A DNA stretch of 64,000 bases, from NCBI GenBank assembly GCA_965217035.1, contig OZ244226.1, forward strand, positions 372,001 to 436,000, written 5' to 3'. Below are positions 9,248 through 19,122 of this stretch, piece by piece. Positions within the stretch are counted from its first letter, which is position 1; every line of letters starts with the position of its first letter. The DNA is from Bacteriovoracaceae bacterium. Lineage in GTDB: Bacteria; Bdellovibrionota; Bacteriovoracia; Bacteriovoracales; Bacteriovoracaceae. Both the position numbers and the translations under genes were made by a program. The notes beneath the pieces are model-generated. The model was not told the DNA's origin. It saw only the letters and a program-made list of their open reading frames with translations, and made no database searches.

Positions 9248-10990
9248 TTAGTTTTCGAGACAATAAGTTTTAGTCTCTGATCCATCAGTTGCCTGAAGCT
9301 CAAGGCCAAGGATTTGATCTTTCGTAAAGTAGATTGTGACTTTTCTAGAGCCAAGTTTAGAGCCATCTACGTCTCTGATAACAGTTGATCCTTTATGGAG
9401 GAAAGTATCAACTGTGGTACCTGGAGTTACCCTATAAGATTCATAATCAAAAGAAACTTCTCCTGGTATTTCCGTTTGGAGTTCTTTCGGATTTGTATCA
9501 AAAGTCATATCTGAAGATCTTACGCTAACACTTAAAATATCAGCAAAAAGAGAATCAAGGACAAGATCAGCAATGACTTGCTCTCTATTATCGTCAAGAT
9601 TGACTAGAGTAACATCATTAAGGTTAAGTGTTCTATTAAGATCAATCGGATATCCTTTCGAATTGAGTTTTACGAAATCAACCGCTTCAAGTGGTTGATC
9701 CATTTCACAAACTCCCAGGTTCCGAAACCTTGTATGAATAGATTTCATCGCAAGAGATTTATTTCTCACAGACTCTACATCAAGATTATCAGTCTCGACG
9801 CCAAATTCTGTAGTGATTCCTTCAACAAGCTCTGCAGGATTTGCTTTCTTATCTCTAGCTTCTTTTGGCTCTTCAACAACCTCTGGTTTTACATCGACGA
9901 AGATTGGAGTTTGAATGATTTCACCAGATGGTTTTTCAAGTCCCATTGAGGCAATACCGGCAGCTTTAATTGTTGTAACATGTTTAATCTTAGGTCTCTC
10001 AGGTGTGACAACAACTTTTTTCTTATCTTCCTTTTGATATTTTTTCTTCTTAACAATTTTAATTTTCTTTTTCTTAATATCAACAACCTTTTTCTTAGAC
10101 TTTTTCTGATCTTTCTTCTTTTTCGCCACTCTTTTTTTGTCTTTCTTTTCTTTCTTTACGACTTTCTTTTTCTTCTTTTTTCTTTCTTTATTTTTTTTAG
10201 TGACACGTTTTCTAGACTCTCTCTTTTCTTTTTGAACAACCTTCTTCTTTTTCTTAACTTTCTTTTTGTATTTCTTAACAACTCTTTTCTTAGCTTCTTT
10301 CTGTTTCTTCTCTTTAGCTACTTTCTGCTTTTTCTTCTTTTGTTTCTTCTCTTTAGCTACTTTCTGCTTTTTTTCTTTCTTTTTTGTTTTTTCTTTCTTT
10401 TTTCCAAAAATACGCTCCCACCAACTTGGGCCATCTTTTTTCTCTTTTTTAACTACTTTTTGAGTTTTTTGTTTTTTCTTATACTTTCTTTTCCTCTTTT
10501 TAATTTTCTTTTGGATAACATCTTCTTGGCATTCTTTACTCTTACAATCCACAACAGTGAAAATTCTTTGTTTCACATTATCTGTACACCTGAGCTTAAC
10601 ACCATTCAGAACTTTAAACCCATCTCTACAATCAGGATCAAAATCAACATGTTTTCTTCCATTTTCAGGAAAATAAATACCTGCTTGATGAGGATCATCA
10701 TTACCTGGATTATCATTACCTGGATTATCATTACCTGGATTATCATTACCTGGATTATCATTACCTGGATTATCATTACCTGGATTATCATTGCCTGGAT
10801 TATCATTGCCTGGATTATCATTGCCTGGATTATTAATAATATCATTATTCGGATTACTTCCATCCTGCACATCTTCAATAATTTGATCTGTTGATGCCTC
10901 TAAGTAAGAGTTGCTAGAAGGCCCTTTTTTCTTACTACAAGCAGTTGTAGCCAACATGAGGGCGTAAAAAAGTACAATAATGCCTTTCAT
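9248..10990 (-). CDS. Lipoprotein with PGNDN repeats and long Lys-rich region
   Basis: 580-aa ORF, GGAG RBS, lipobox-like LATTAC. Confidence 0.8.
   Translation of the reverse strand: MKGIIVLFYALMLATTACSKKKGPSSNSYLEASTDQIIEDVQDGSNPNNDIINNPGNDNPGNDNPGNDNPGNDNPGNDNPGNDNPGNDNPGNDNPGNDDPHQAGIYFPENGRKHVDFDPDCRDGFKVLNGVKLRCTDNVKQRIFTVVDCKSKECQEDVIQKKIKKRKRKYKKKQKTQKVVKKEKKDGPSWWERIFGKKKEKTKKKEKKQKVAKEKKQKKKKQKVAKEKKQKEAKKRVVKKYKKKVKKKKKVVQKEKRESRKRVTKKNKERKKKKKKVVKKEKKDKKRVAKKKKDQKKSKKKVVDIKKKKIKIVKKKKYQKEDKKKVVVTPERPKIKHVTTIKAAGIASMGLEKPSGEIIQTPIFVDVKPEVVEEPKEARDKKANPAELVEGITTEFGVETDNLDVESVRNKSLAMKSIHTRFRNLGVCEMDQPLEAVDFVKLNSKGYPIDLNRTLNLNDVTLVNLDDNREQVIADLVLDSLFADILSVSVRSSDMTFDTNPKELQTEIPGEVSFDYESYRVTPGTTVDTFLHKGSTVIRDVDGSKLGSRKVTIYFTKDQILGLELQATDGSETKTYCLEN
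10692..10833 (-). repeat. 15-bp coding tandem repeat, 9 copies (PGNDN)
   Basis: On + strand: 1x GGATCATCATTACCT, 5x GGATTATCATTACCT, 3x GGATTATCATTGCCT. Confidence 0.97.
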
Positions 10991-11150
10991 AGAATTCTCC
11001 TATTCTAAATATATGGAATCATTCTATCGCGTCTAAGTGTCGGGTTATAGTGACAATGGAGATCTTACCGAGAGTGTAAAAAGATTAGACAGTTTTTCAG
11101 AGAGTAGTTCTGTCTATAATATAGGTATATTTCCTTCACTCTTAATCTTT

Positions 11151-11180
11151 AAAAGCAGGCTCGATATAGGACCTGCCTTT
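11151..11180 (-). terminator. Putative terminator after gltA/Rsm22-like operon
   Basis: GCAGG...CCTGC stem followed by TTTT on minus strand. Confidence 0.55.
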
Positions 11181-12160
11181 CAACCTCTTAATTCGATTTC
11201 ATCACTTCCATCGATAACGTCAAAATTCAATTGAATTCCAGGCATGAGTTGTTTAACAACCTTCTTATTATAAGAATCTCTTTTTTTAAGAACTTTATAC
11301 TTCTTTAATTCGTTCTCCTCACAAACGAGTAAGTCAAATCCATACTTTCTCACCTCAGGTTTTGAAAAAAGAATCGCTTGGTGAGCCTTACTCTCCTCTC
11401 TCTGGTAGACATGAAGGAGCAAAGGAACGATCCTTCGATCTTTATTAAGCTTCTGAGTTAATCTTTCAATAGAAGGATGGTGAGAAAGTTTTAAATATTG
11501 ATGACACCAATCATCCTTTCCCATGAGAGGGCAAACCGTCTGGGCCGAACAAGGATAGGCAACCTTTATATCCTTTAAAATCAACTCCTCTCTGATCGCA
11601 AGTATTCTATGAAAGACTTCTTTGGTTCCAGGTTCAATAAAAAGGATCTTTGAAGGATTGATTTGATCTATCAACTCCCAGAAATAGAAAGCTTCAAGTT
11701 CATTAAAAGAATTCGTAAAACAAAGAATAGGATCTTTTAACTTCGGAGTATCCCAATAATTGGAATAATATTTATAATTCACACCTGGAGCATATTCTTT
11801 TAAAACTTTTCTACCCGCTTCTTGCATAAGTGAAGAAGACTCAACCAAATAGAACTCATTCTTCAACTCTCTAAGAGCTAAAGGTAAAGTCCCAGGTCCC
11901 GAACCAAACTCAATAATGGGATGATTTTGAAAAAAGCTATCCCCTCCTATTCTTTCAACTGCTTGAGAGACTCGAGGGATATTAGTCACAAAGAAGTAAT
12001 AGAGATAAGCAGAGACACTTTTGCGAGACTTATAAACATCATTGATTCGATCTCTATCTAGGTTAAAAACCTCTATAAGGTTCTGAACCTCTTTAAGAAG
12101 TTCGCTCTCTGATTTGAAGTCATAAAGAGAGATCCGATCGATCTCTTCTTTTGAAAGCAT
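11180..12160 (-). CDS. Rsm22/METTL17-like SAM-dependent methyltransferase family protein
   Basis: SAM motif EFGSGPGT, IEPGT, Cys motif PCSAQTVCPLMGKDDWCH. Confidence 0.75.
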   Translation of the reverse strand: MLSKEEIDRISLYDFKSESELLKEVQNLIEVFNLDRDRINDVYKSRKSVSAYLYYFFVTNIPRVSQAVERIGGDSFFQNHPIIEFGSGPGTLPLALRELKNEFYLVESSSLMQEAGRKVLKEYAPGVNYKYYSNYWDTPKLKDPILCFTNSFNELEAFYFWELIDQINPSKILFIEPGTKEVFHRILAIREELILKDIKVAYPCSAQTVCPLMGKDDWCHQYLKLSHHPSIERLTQKLNKDRRIVPLLLHVYQREESKAHQAILFSKPEVRKYGFDLLVCEENELKKYKVLKKRDSYNKKVVKQLMPGIQLNFDVIDGSDEIELRG

Positions 12161-13428
12161 TAACGATTCTCGATGCTCGTATAGTCTCTGAATGTGCTAC
12201 CAGTATAGATCTGACGCGGTCGTGAGATTCGAAGGCTTGGAGACTCAATCATTTCTTTCCACTGTGCGACCCAACCAGGAAGTCTTCCAAGAGCAAACAT
12301 CACAGTAAACATATGAGTTGGAATTCCAAGGGCCCTATAGATAATACCAGAATAAAAATCGACGTTAGGGTAAAGCTTTCTTTCAACGAAGTATGGATCA
12401 TTAAGAGCTTCTTCCTCTAAACCTTTCGCAATCTCAAGAACTGGATCTTGGACACCAAGTTTATCAAGAACTGTATCACAAGCTTTTTTAATGATTCGAG
12501 CACGTGGATCAAAATTCTTATAAACTCTATGACCGAATCCCATAAGACGGAATGGATCTTCTTTATCCTTCGCTTTTCCAATCCACTTTTTATAATCTCC
12601 ACCATCATTCTGGATAGCATCGAGCATTTCAATAACTGCTTGGTTAGCACCACCATGAAGAGGTCCCCAAAGAGCATTGATTCCTGCAGAGACACTGGCA
12701 AAAAGATTAGCCCTTGAAGATCCAACCACTCTCACTGTTGAAGCAGAACAGTTCTGTTCATGATCAGCGTGAAGGATAAAAAGAACATCAAGCGCTTTTG
12801 CAATATCTTCATCGACCTTATCAAACATTAAATTTGTAAAATCTTGAGCGTAAGTATTTTTTCCATTAGGAGTCCCAATAGTCTTTCCTTGGCCATGACG
12901 ATAATTCGCCGTCGCAAGAATCTTCATCGCTCCCATAATCATTGGAATGACTTTTTCCATATCAGCGTCAGTGAGATTTCCTTTTTGAAGATCAGGATGA
13001 AAAGCAGAGAGAGCAACCATCGTTGAAGAAACAACCGCCATTGGGTGAGCATCAGAAGGAAAACTATTGATGATATTTTTTACTTCAACAGGGATTGTAC
13101 TATATTCGGCAATCTTTCCTTTGAAGTTTTCAAGCTGAGAGCTTGTTGGTAACTCACCATAAATTAGAAGATAAGCCACTTCTTCAAAGTTTGATTTCTC
13201 AGCAAGTTCTTCAATACTGTATCCACGGTAACGAAGGATCCCTTCCCCACCGTTAATAAAAGTAATCGCTGACTCACAAGAACCAGTATTTACAAAACCA
13301 TTATCAAGAGTAATCGCCCCGGTCTCACCACGAAGCTTACTGATGTCGAGACCGACTTCATTTTCACTTCCCTTGATCACAGGAATCTCTAAAGTTTTTC
13401 CTTCGATTTCCAACTTTGCGTTAGACAT
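12160..13428 (-). CDS. gltA: Citrate synthase
   Basis: LHADHEQN, GPLHGGAN, MGFGHRVYKNFDPRA, YPNVDFYSG; start MSNAK at 13428. Confidence 0.97.
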   Translation of the reverse strand: MSNAKLEIEGKTLEIPVIKGSENEVGLDISKLRGETGAITLDNGFVNTGSCESAITFINGGEGILRYRGYSIEELAEKSNFEEVAYLLIYGELPTSSQLENFKGKIAEYSTIPVEVKNIINSFPSDAHPMAVVSSTMVALSAFHPDLQKGNLTDADMEKVIPMIMGAMKILATANYRHGQGKTIGTPNGKNTYAQDFTNLMFDKVDEDIAKALDVLFILHADHEQNCSASTVRVVGSSRANLFASVSAGINALWGPLHGGANQAVIEMLDAIQNDGGDYKKWIGKAKDKEDPFRLMGFGHRVYKNFDPRARIIKKACDTVLDKLGVQDPVLEIAKGLEEEALNDPYFVERKLYPNVDFYSGIIYRALGIPTHMFTVMFALGRLPGWVAQWKEMIESPSLRISRPRQIYTGSTFRDYTSIENR

Positions 13429-13745
13429 TTTCACTCCTTAATTAATGGCTTTATATGATAATAATTTTCAGTGCTTAGAATTAATAGAATGAGCAATCCC
13501 TACCCATCAATTCATTTTCTTTTGCTGCAAAATCATAAACTATTGAGCGTCTCCCGTCCAAATTTTGAAACTCAGAGGATGATTATTTAAAAGACATCTT
13601 GGCCAAATCTTACAAGTCGATCAATTTAGCACCAGACAAGTCGCACCATTCATCGCGTTGTAATTTTTTTTATTTACCAAAAGTTGAGCCTTAAAGTCTT
13701 TGAATCATTAACTTGATTAGCTGCACAAACTTTATGAACTCGTTT

Positions 13746-13761
13746 TGGAACCAGTCTTGCA
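13746..13761 (+). promoter_or_regulatory. Putative sigma54 (-24/-12) promoter
   Basis: TGGAAC-CAGTC-TTGCA matches TGGCAC-N5-TTGCW with correct GG/GC spacing. Confidence 0.7.
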
Positions 13762-13837
13762 TTTTTTACAAGCATAACAAATGCCCAGGACGGGTTACAG
13801 ATTTTAACTCTCATACCGAGAGCTGGAGGAGACATAT

Positions 13838-14680
13838 ATGACAAATACAAGGCAACTTTTCTTAAAGCTGGTGGCTTTCAACCTACTGCTGTCACTTAGC
13901 CTGCTTACTTTAGATGCACAAGCACAACGCCGCCCGCGAAGACCTAATCAACCGCCTGTTTATGGAAATCAACAACAGAATGAGAAAATTGTTTTGTCTC
14001 ATCTCAATATTAATGTTTGGGGACAAAAGAGTATTAAAGTGAAAAAACTTGTAAAAGATTATTACGGTCCAGGATTACTCCATGGCAAGAAACTAAAAAG
14101 AATTGTCGTTAAAGCGTCAGCTTCCTCTTACCAAAGTAAAATAGCTCTACTTATCAATGGAGTTAAAGTAACAGCAGTCAGAAACCTAAGTTACTACCCA
14201 GAAAAAATCATTCTTGATCTTCCTTCATCGGGTTACGGAAGCTCCAATATTATTGGGAGAGATATTCAAACGATTAAACTTAAAGTCAAAGGTGATGTTC
14301 AAATTAAAAAGATTGTTCTGAAACTAAAGGATAGGCAACAGAGTCGACCTCTTGTTGCCTACAACATTAACCTCGGTAGCCGTTATGGAAGTGCTGACCA
14401 AATTAATCTTGCTCAACTTCTTCAAGCTCACAATATTCATAAGTCTGTTCAAGAAATTAGAATCGTAGCCAAAGCTCATAGTAGAAAAGGAACTCTCACA
14501 GTCCTTTCAAGAGGAATGGGAAGACTCGATACGATGCATATGAATGGACGGGGTTACGGTTCAACTCAGAAATCAATCTACGTCGGTGGCCAAGCTCAAC
14601 TTTCAGATATCAAACTCCTCGCTAGGGGTGATATTCAAATCCAATCCATAGAGGTTTTAGTCAATCATAATCATTGGTAA
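13838..14680 (+). CDS. Secreted basic protein with two related beta-rich repeats
   Basis: 280-aa ORF, signal peptide, internal repeat IKLKVKGDVQIKKI / IKLLARGDIQIQSI. Confidence 0.75.
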   Translation: MTNTRQLFLKLVAFNLLLSLSLLTLDAQAQRRPRRPNQPPVYGNQQQNEKIVLSHLNINVWGQKSIKVKKLVKDYYGPGLLHGKKLKRIVVKASASSYQSKIALLINGVKVTAVRNLSYYPEKIILDLPSSGYGSSNIIGRDIQTIKLKVKGDVQIKKIVLKLKDRQQSRPLVAYNINLGSRYGSADQINLAQLLQAHNIHKSVQEIRIVAKAHSRKGTLTVLSRGMGRLDTMHMNGRGYGSTQKSIYVGGQAQLSDIKLLARGDIQIQSIEVLVNHNHW

Positions 14681-14695
14681 ACCTGTTCCCAGATG

Positions 14696-14750
14696 GGCCA
14701 GGTTCTGATTTCCCCGGGTGTGATCGGTGAAATTAGAATCTGGCCTTTTT
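14696..14750 (+). terminator. Long-stem terminator
   Basis: GGCCAGGTTCTGATTTC...GAAATTAGAATCTGGCC followed by TTTTT. Confidence 0.75.
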
Positions 14751-14768
14751 CTATGTTAAATTACCCCT

Positions 14769-15458
14769 ATGAATTTGGAGAACACCCGCTTAGGAACCAT
14801 TCAAAAACGCTATAAACGCTTTCTTGCCGATGTTACTTTTGACGACGGTGAATTTACAACTATTTATGTTCCCAATACTGGCAGCATGAAAACCTGTTGG
14901 GATACTGGTTGGAAAATCGCCGCTAAATTTCATGAAGGAACATCGAGAAAATATCCTTACTCCCTTGAGATGACGAATAATGGAGAATCATGGATTGGCA
15001 TCAACACCGGAATCACAAATCAACTGGCTCAAGAGGCTCTTGAGAACAAAGTGATTAAAGAACTTCAAAAGTATTCAGAAATCAAAGCCGAAGTAAAAAT
15101 AGGAAAAAGTCGTCTCGATTTTTGTCTCTCTAAAGGAGATGAAAAGTTTTATCTTGAAGTGAAAAATGTCACTCTCCGAGAAGGAGATCAGGCTCAATTC
15201 CCTGATGCTATTTCGACCAGAGGGCAGAAGCATTTAGAAGAATTGATAGAAATTCACAAGACAGGAACTGCATCTGGTTTACTCTTTGTTGTGCAAAGAG
15301 AGGATGTTCAATCATTCAACGCCAAGGAATCTCTAGATCCCACCTATACTCAACTTTTAAAGAAAGCTCACGAAGAAGGCGTCTCTATTCTTTGTTATCA
15401 GTGCAAAGTCAGCCCTGAAAAAGTAGAGATTACTCATTCATTACCAATAGAGTTTTAA
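14769..15458 (+). CDS. sfsA: DNA/RNA nuclease SfsA
   Basis: RYKRFLADV, PNTGSM, SRLDF, YLEVKNVT, FPDAISTRGQKHL. Confidence 0.95.
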   Translation: MNLENTRLGTIQKRYKRFLADVTFDDGEFTTIYVPNTGSMKTCWDTGWKIAAKFHEGTSRKYPYSLEMTNNGESWIGINTGITNQLAQEALENKVIKELQKYSEIKAEVKIGKSRLDFCLSKGDEKFYLEVKNVTLREGDQAQFPDAISTRGQKHLEELIEIHKTGTASGLLFVVQREDVQSFNAKESLDPTYTQLLKKAHEEGVSILCYQCKVSPEKVEITHSLPIEF

Positions 15459-16054
15459 TGGAAGCAAAGTCAGCTTTAGAAGTATTACTAGACGACTGGA
15501 ATCGAACGATTCAATTAAAATCACATGTTTGTTTTTATGGAGGAAGCTTTAATCCTTGGCATGATGGTCATAAAAGCTGTCTTGAATTGGCCAAAGCTTT
15601 TTATAAAAGAAACCAACTTGATGTGGATATCGTCATTAGTATTGATAATAATCCTTGGAAGGAACAAAGCCTCACTGAAGCAGTAAAACTCGAGCTCTAT
15701 AAAAAAATCAAATCTCAATCAGGCCATTCTTTAATTTATCCAGGATTTCTTTTAGAAGAAAAAGCCACTCCAACCTATGACTGGTTAAAAGACTTCAAGG
15801 AATCGACTTTAAAATCAGTCGATCTCTTAATTGGTTTCGATAATTTTGAAAAATTTGATCAATGGAAAAACTATGAGGAGTTGATCAAACTTTTAGACAG
15901 ACTTCTCATAGTCTCTCGATTAGACAAAGATGAACTCAAAGAAAGTATGCTTAAGAAGCTCAATAATCTTTCACCACAAACAAGTGTTGAATTCCTTGGA
16001 AACCATGATTTTGAGGACTTAAGCTCAACTGCATTGCGAAATAAACGGTCTTAG
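15458..16054 (+). CDS. nadD: Nicotinate-nucleotide adenylyltransferase
   Basis: GGSFNPWHDGH (HxGH), LIGFDN, LSSTALR. Confidence 0.85.
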   Translation: MEAKSALEVLLDDWNRTIQLKSHVCFYGGSFNPWHDGHKSCLELAKAFYKRNQLDVDIVISIDNNPWKEQSLTEAVKLELYKKIKSQSGHSLIYPGFLLEEKATPTYDWLKDFKESTLKSVDLLIGFDNFEKFDQWKNYEELIKLLDRLLIVSRLDKDELKESMLKKLNNLSPQTSVEFLGNHDFEDLSSTALRNKRS

Positions 16055-16126
16055 ACTTGTCTTACCCAAACAATTGCTTTTCCCCCATTGCACAGCTATG
16101 ATGCAGGTCAACTGATTGGAGTAATT

Positions 16127-17110
16127 ATGGGCTTAAATATTGAAAATCATACAGAAAAAGAAACACTCGTTAACGGTGACATGGTTTTAAACTGTGAAAT
16201 TAAAGATGATACTGGTCTTAATGATTTTCAGAAACTTCCAGCTGAGGATTCAATCGGAATTCCATTTGTTGGAATTAATCGCTTTAGGGTTCCTCTCAAT
16301 TTCAAAATTCCGGGAACAAACCTTGTTCGAAATCATGATTGCACCACAAGCATGTATGTAAATCTTAAAGAAGGTAAGACTGGAATTAATATGAGTCGAC
16401 TTTGTCGGATTCTAAACGAAGACAGCGCTGATGCTGTTGTCTCTTATAATTTTCTGGATGCCATCCTTAATAAAGTGAAACTCGAGTTAAGAGATTACCC
16501 AACTGAAAAAGAAATCAAAAACGCTAATATTGTTATCGATTTCAACTATGCCGTCAGACAAAAATCACTAAAAAGTGAAAATTGGGGATGGCAATATTAT
16601 CAATGCCAACTTGAAAGTAATATCGCTGCTGGGGAAAAGGCTCGGCATTACTTAACAGTTAACTATGAATACTCTTCAACTTGCCCGTGCTCTTTATCGA
16701 TGTCTAAACAGTATGAGAAAGACTACGCTGCCGGTGAAACAACTGAAGGAAACGGAATTGCAACTGCTCACTCTCAAAGATCAGGAGCAAAGTGCAAGAT
16801 CGAACTTTCTGAAGAAGGTCTCAAAAATGAATTTTGGATTGAAGATCTCGTTGCTGTTTTAAGAGAAGCTCTCCCGACTGAAACTCAAAGTTTGGTGAAA
16901 AGATTAGACGAACAGGCTTTTGCCATTTTAAATGGTGAAAATCCAATGTTTGTTGAACATGCCACCAAAAGACTTCATCGCTCTCTAAATAGGAGCAATT
17001 CGATCAAGGATTGGGTTGTGAGTGTAGAGCACTGGGAATCGCTTCATAGCCACAATGCTGCCGCTACTATTTATAAAGGTCTAGAGAACGGTCTCGATCA
17101 TCGCTTTTAA
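16127..17110 (+). CDS. folE2: GTP cyclohydrolase IB
   Basis: GINMSR, STCPCS, AHSQRS, VKRLDE, NPMFVE, ESLHSHNA; ATG 16127 after GGAG. Confidence 0.93.
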   Translation: MGLNIENHTEKETLVNGDMVLNCEIKDDTGLNDFQKLPAEDSIGIPFVGINRFRVPLNFKIPGTNLVRNHDCTTSMYVNLKEGKTGINMSRLCRILNEDSADAVVSYNFLDAILNKVKLELRDYPTEKEIKNANIVIDFNYAVRQKSLKSENWGWQYYQCQLESNIAAGEKARHYLTVNYEYSSTCPCSLSMSKQYEKDYAAGETTEGNGIATAHSQRSGAKCKIELSEEGLKNEFWIEDLVAVLREALPTETQSLVKRLDEQAFAILNGENPMFVEHATKRLHRSLNRSNSIKDWVVSVEHWESLHSHNAAATIYKGLENGLDHRF

Positions 17111-17184
17111 TTAGATTTTATTGAATCGTCTTTTCAGTAACTTACTGTCTATACTTTCACGGTTTCATCTTTATAATATATACC

Positions 17185-18141
17185 GTGAAAGCATTTAACC
17201 TACTCATCTTGATTACTCTCGCTAGTTGTTCTTGGACTCGTCGCCAAGGCGTAAACTTTATGGCTCCTATGTTGGAATCAGGAGTTCAAAAAAATTTTGA
17301 AGTTCGTGATTGGGAATACTTCAGTGAAGCGGCTCCGGGGAATCTTTTATTACTCGATTCTCTTTTAGCCACTTCTCCTGAAAACAAAACTCTTCTCGAG
17401 CAAGCTATTAAGTCTCACTTTGGATATGCCTTCGGAGTTCAAGAAACTCTTCACTGGGCCGAAGTTTATAGTGAAAGAGAGAATAAAAAATATCTCAATC
17501 GAGCTCTTTATCATTATTCCAAGGCCATTGAATATGGAGAGCAATACTTAAATAGCGAAGGGATGGATTACCTTCAGTTGAAAAAGAAAATCTTAACTCC
17601 TAAAAAAATACAAGAGATCCTTGAAGAGAACCTTGGAGATGCAGATCGAGTAGCCATGTTTTACTTAGGTGCTGCTTACTCCTCTTCACTGAACTTGCAA
17701 AGGAATCGTTCAGATCTTTTAACGCTTATGCCTCTTGGAAAAGCGATGATCGATTGGGCCTGTGAAGATGATCCTAATATGGAACAAGGCCTTTGTTCTG
17801 CCTTTGATGCTCTTTACTTAATGAGCCGACCTAAAATGCTTGGGGGTAATCCTAATAAGGGCTTAAAGGTCTTTAAAAGAGTGATGAAAACTTATCCTCA
17901 AAATGCTCTACTCTCCATCACCTTTCTTCAGTACTACTCCATCCCTAGAGACAATCAAGGTGAATTTAAATCTTATATGAAAAGGCTTAAAAAATTCTTT
18001 GCAGAGTTCTCTCAAAAAAGAAAAGATTTTAATAAGCTCTTAAAGTCTTCAGATAAGAATAATGTGTTTAACCTTTTTAATGCTATCGCAGAAAAACGCT
18101 ACACCATTTTAAATAAATACCGACGAAATCTATTTGAATAA
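17185..18141 (+). CDS. TRAP transporter TatT component (TPR lipoprotein)
   Basis: Lipobox LASC; motifs APGNLLLLDSL and RPKMLGG; precedes dctPQM. Confidence 0.8.
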   Translation: MKAFNLLILITLASCSWTRRQGVNFMAPMLESGVQKNFEVRDWEYFSEAAPGNLLLLDSLLATSPENKTLLEQAIKSHFGYAFGVQETLHWAEVYSERENKKYLNRALYHYSKAIEYGEQYLNSEGMDYLQLKKKILTPKKIQEILEENLGDADRVAMFYLGAAYSSSLNLQRNRSDLLTLMPLGKAMIDWACEDDPNMEQGLCSAFDALYLMSRPKMLGGNPNKGLKVFKRVMKTYPQNALLSITFLQYYSIPRDNQGEFKSYMKRLKKFFAEFSQKRKDFNKLLKSSDKNNVFNLFNAIAEKRYTILNKYRRNLFE

Positions 18142-18150
18142 GGATATCAA

Positions 18151-19122
18151 ATGAAAATTTTTCTTCTCGCTCTCTCACTTATCACGGCTCCAGCTTTTGC
18201 CAAGAAAGTAAAGCTTGCTTTCTTAGCCCCAGAGGGAACGAATTGGGCGAATAGCTTAACTGAAATGGGAAAAGAGATAAAAAAAGCGACCGATGGACGC
18301 GTAAAGTTCAAAATGTACTTCGGTGGAGTTCAAGGAGATGAAGCAGACGTTCTCAGAAAAATTCGTTCAGGACAACTTCATGGTGGTATCTTTACGGGTA
18401 AAACTCTAGGGGACATCTATCCCGATTCTAGAGTCATGGAAATTCCTTTTACTTTCACAAAAAAACAAGATGCTGCTCTCGAGGTTCTTAATTCATTAAA
18501 TAATGACTTCAGTAATGGGTTTGAAAAGAAAGGCTTTCACTCTCTTGGAATGTATGAAATTGGTCATGTTTATTTAGTCAGCACTAAAGAAATTACGGAT
18601 CTCAACTCATTAAAAGGTCTCAAAATCTGGACTTGGGAAGGAGATAAAATCGTTGAAGCAATGATGCAATCATTGAGTCTTGTTTCAGTTCCATTGGCAC
18701 TCCCTGATGTTCTCTCTTCTCTATCGACTGGTGTTATTCATGCAGCTTACGCTCCACCACTCGGAATTACCGCGCTTCAATGGCATACAAAAGTAAAATA
18801 TCTCGTTGATTATCCTGTTGCTTATTCAATTGGATCTTTATTAATTGCTAACAAGGTTTGGAAAAAAATAAAGCCAGCCGATCAAAAAACAATTACTGAA
18901 ATTGCTAAGAAGAGAATTGCGACTGCAAATGACTTAACAGCAAAGGAAAATAAACAAACTCTCGCTCAATTTAAAGAACTTGGTATTAAGTTCGTTAGCT
19001 TTCCAAAAAGTGATTACGACCGAAGCTCTAAAATCAGAAAAGACGTCCTTGGAAAACTTAATGGGAAAATGTTTAAGAAGTCAGCTCTTAGCAAGTTTGA
19101 TGCTCTCATCAATAAACTATAA
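18151..19122 (+). CDS. dctP: TRAP substrate-binding protein (TatP/DctP)
   Basis: LAPEGT, GGVQGDE, KIRSGQL, LKGLKIW. Confidence 0.9.
   Translation: MKIFLLALSLITAPAFAKKVKLAFLAPEGTNWANSLTEMGKEIKKATDGRVKFKMYFGGVQGDEADVLRKIRSGQLHGGIFTGKTLGDIYPDSRVMEIPFTFTKKQDAALEVLNSLNNDFSNGFEKKGFHSLGMYEIGHVYLVSTKEITDLNSLKGLKIWTWEGDKIVEAMMQSLSLVSVPLALPDVLSSLSTGVIHAAYAPPLGITALQWHTKVKYLVDYPVAYSIGSLLIANKVWKKIKPADQKTITEIAKKRIATANDLTAKENKQTLAQFKELGIKFVSFPKSDYDRSSKIRKDVLGKLNGKMFKKSALSKFDALINKL

Noticed and set aside
10692..10833. Possible CRISPR array
   Set aside because: Units are contiguous with no spacers, in frame within a CDS; no cas genes
10606..10878. 90-aa MIIQV-repeat ORF
   Set aside because: Alternative frame of the same 15-bp repeat
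9980..10894. 304-aa Phe/Leu/Ile-rich + strand ORF with IIITW repeats
   Set aside because: Antisense shadow of the Lys-rich and PGNDN regions of the lipoprotein gene
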